DNA of 64,000 nt from Felis catus (Eukaryota). This document shows positions 63,495-64,000 of the stretch, in pieces. Location of the stretch: NCBI RefSeq assembly GCF_018350175.1, contig NC_058368.1, forward strand, positions 70,620,001 to 70,684,000, read 5' to 3'. A program made the translations under genes and the position numbers. Under the pieces are notes generated by a model that saw only the letters and a list, made by a program, of their open reading frames with translations, had not been told where the DNA came from and did no database searches. Every line of letters starts with the position of its first letter. Positions within the stretch are counted from its first letter, which is position 1.

Positions 63495-64000
63495 AAATTT
63501 CATCATCAATAGAAATCACAGGTATTTTCTTTTTCTTTTTCTTTTTTTTAAAGTAGGCTTCCTACTCAGCACAGTGCCCAGCATAAGGCCTGAACCCATG
63601 ACTTTGAGATCAAGACCTGAACAGAAATCAAGACTGAAGATGCCCAACGGACTGAGCCACCAACGTGCCTCAGAAATCACAGATATTTTCATGCAAGATT
63701 ATCATTGTCACAACATCTTGAAATGTTGTTTAAGTGCATCAGTACTTTGAAATTACAATAATTAGGCCCAAAGCTAGATCTTTTTATTTAATGAGGCAAT
63801 AAATAACTTATAAATTTGTTTTAAGATATTTTGATATTCCTATAACCGTGTTTAAACGTAATTATTTTCTTTATTTTATTCACTTATTTATTTATTTTTT
63901 TAAAGTTTACTTATTTTTTTGAGAGAGAGAGAAAGAGAGAAAATCCCAAACTGGTTCCACACTGTCAGTGTGGAGCCTGACACGGGGCTCAAATTCATGA
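63495..64000. mobile_element. Charlie4a-like fragment (+) with antisense Can-SINEs (63530-63670, 63890-end)
   Basis: aatagaaatcacag.tattttc duplicated around the SINE; tactttgaaattac...gctagatc. Confidence 0.65.

Overview
Eukaryotic (mammalian) genomic DNA, most likely a felid: it carries abundant carnivore tRNA-derived Can-SINEs including young SINEC_Fc-type copies, plus a felid-type L1 3' end. The only intact coding sequence is the 3' end of UBAC2 on the + strand: penultimate exon 365-487, a ~13.4 kb intron, and the last exon from 13877 encoding the UBA domain (stop 13982-13984), followed by tandem poly(A) signals. Downstream is repeat-rich intergenic DNA with two informative dead genes on the - strand. 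(i) A GPR183/EBI2-like GPCR pseudogene (31546-32631) with at least 6 disablements; it keeps its splice acceptor, has a candidate 5'UTR exon ~4.4 kb upstream, and retains most oxysterol-pocket residues. (ii) A full-length histone H3.3 (H3F3A) processed retrocopy (41283-42796) inserted in a Charlie4a-like transposon; its coding part has become strongly GC/CpG-rich while its 3'UTR has not. Also present are an orphan CpG island (~30560-31150), a head-to-head pair of related solo LTRs, MaLR/ERV LTRs, old L1 fragments, a ~355 bp polypurine tract and a 30-bp tandem repeat. Almost all ORFs in the supplied track are spurious (SINE or low-complexity). Gene and repeat-family names come from recalled sequences, not from a search. 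I see no evidence for an intact novel multi-gene system.
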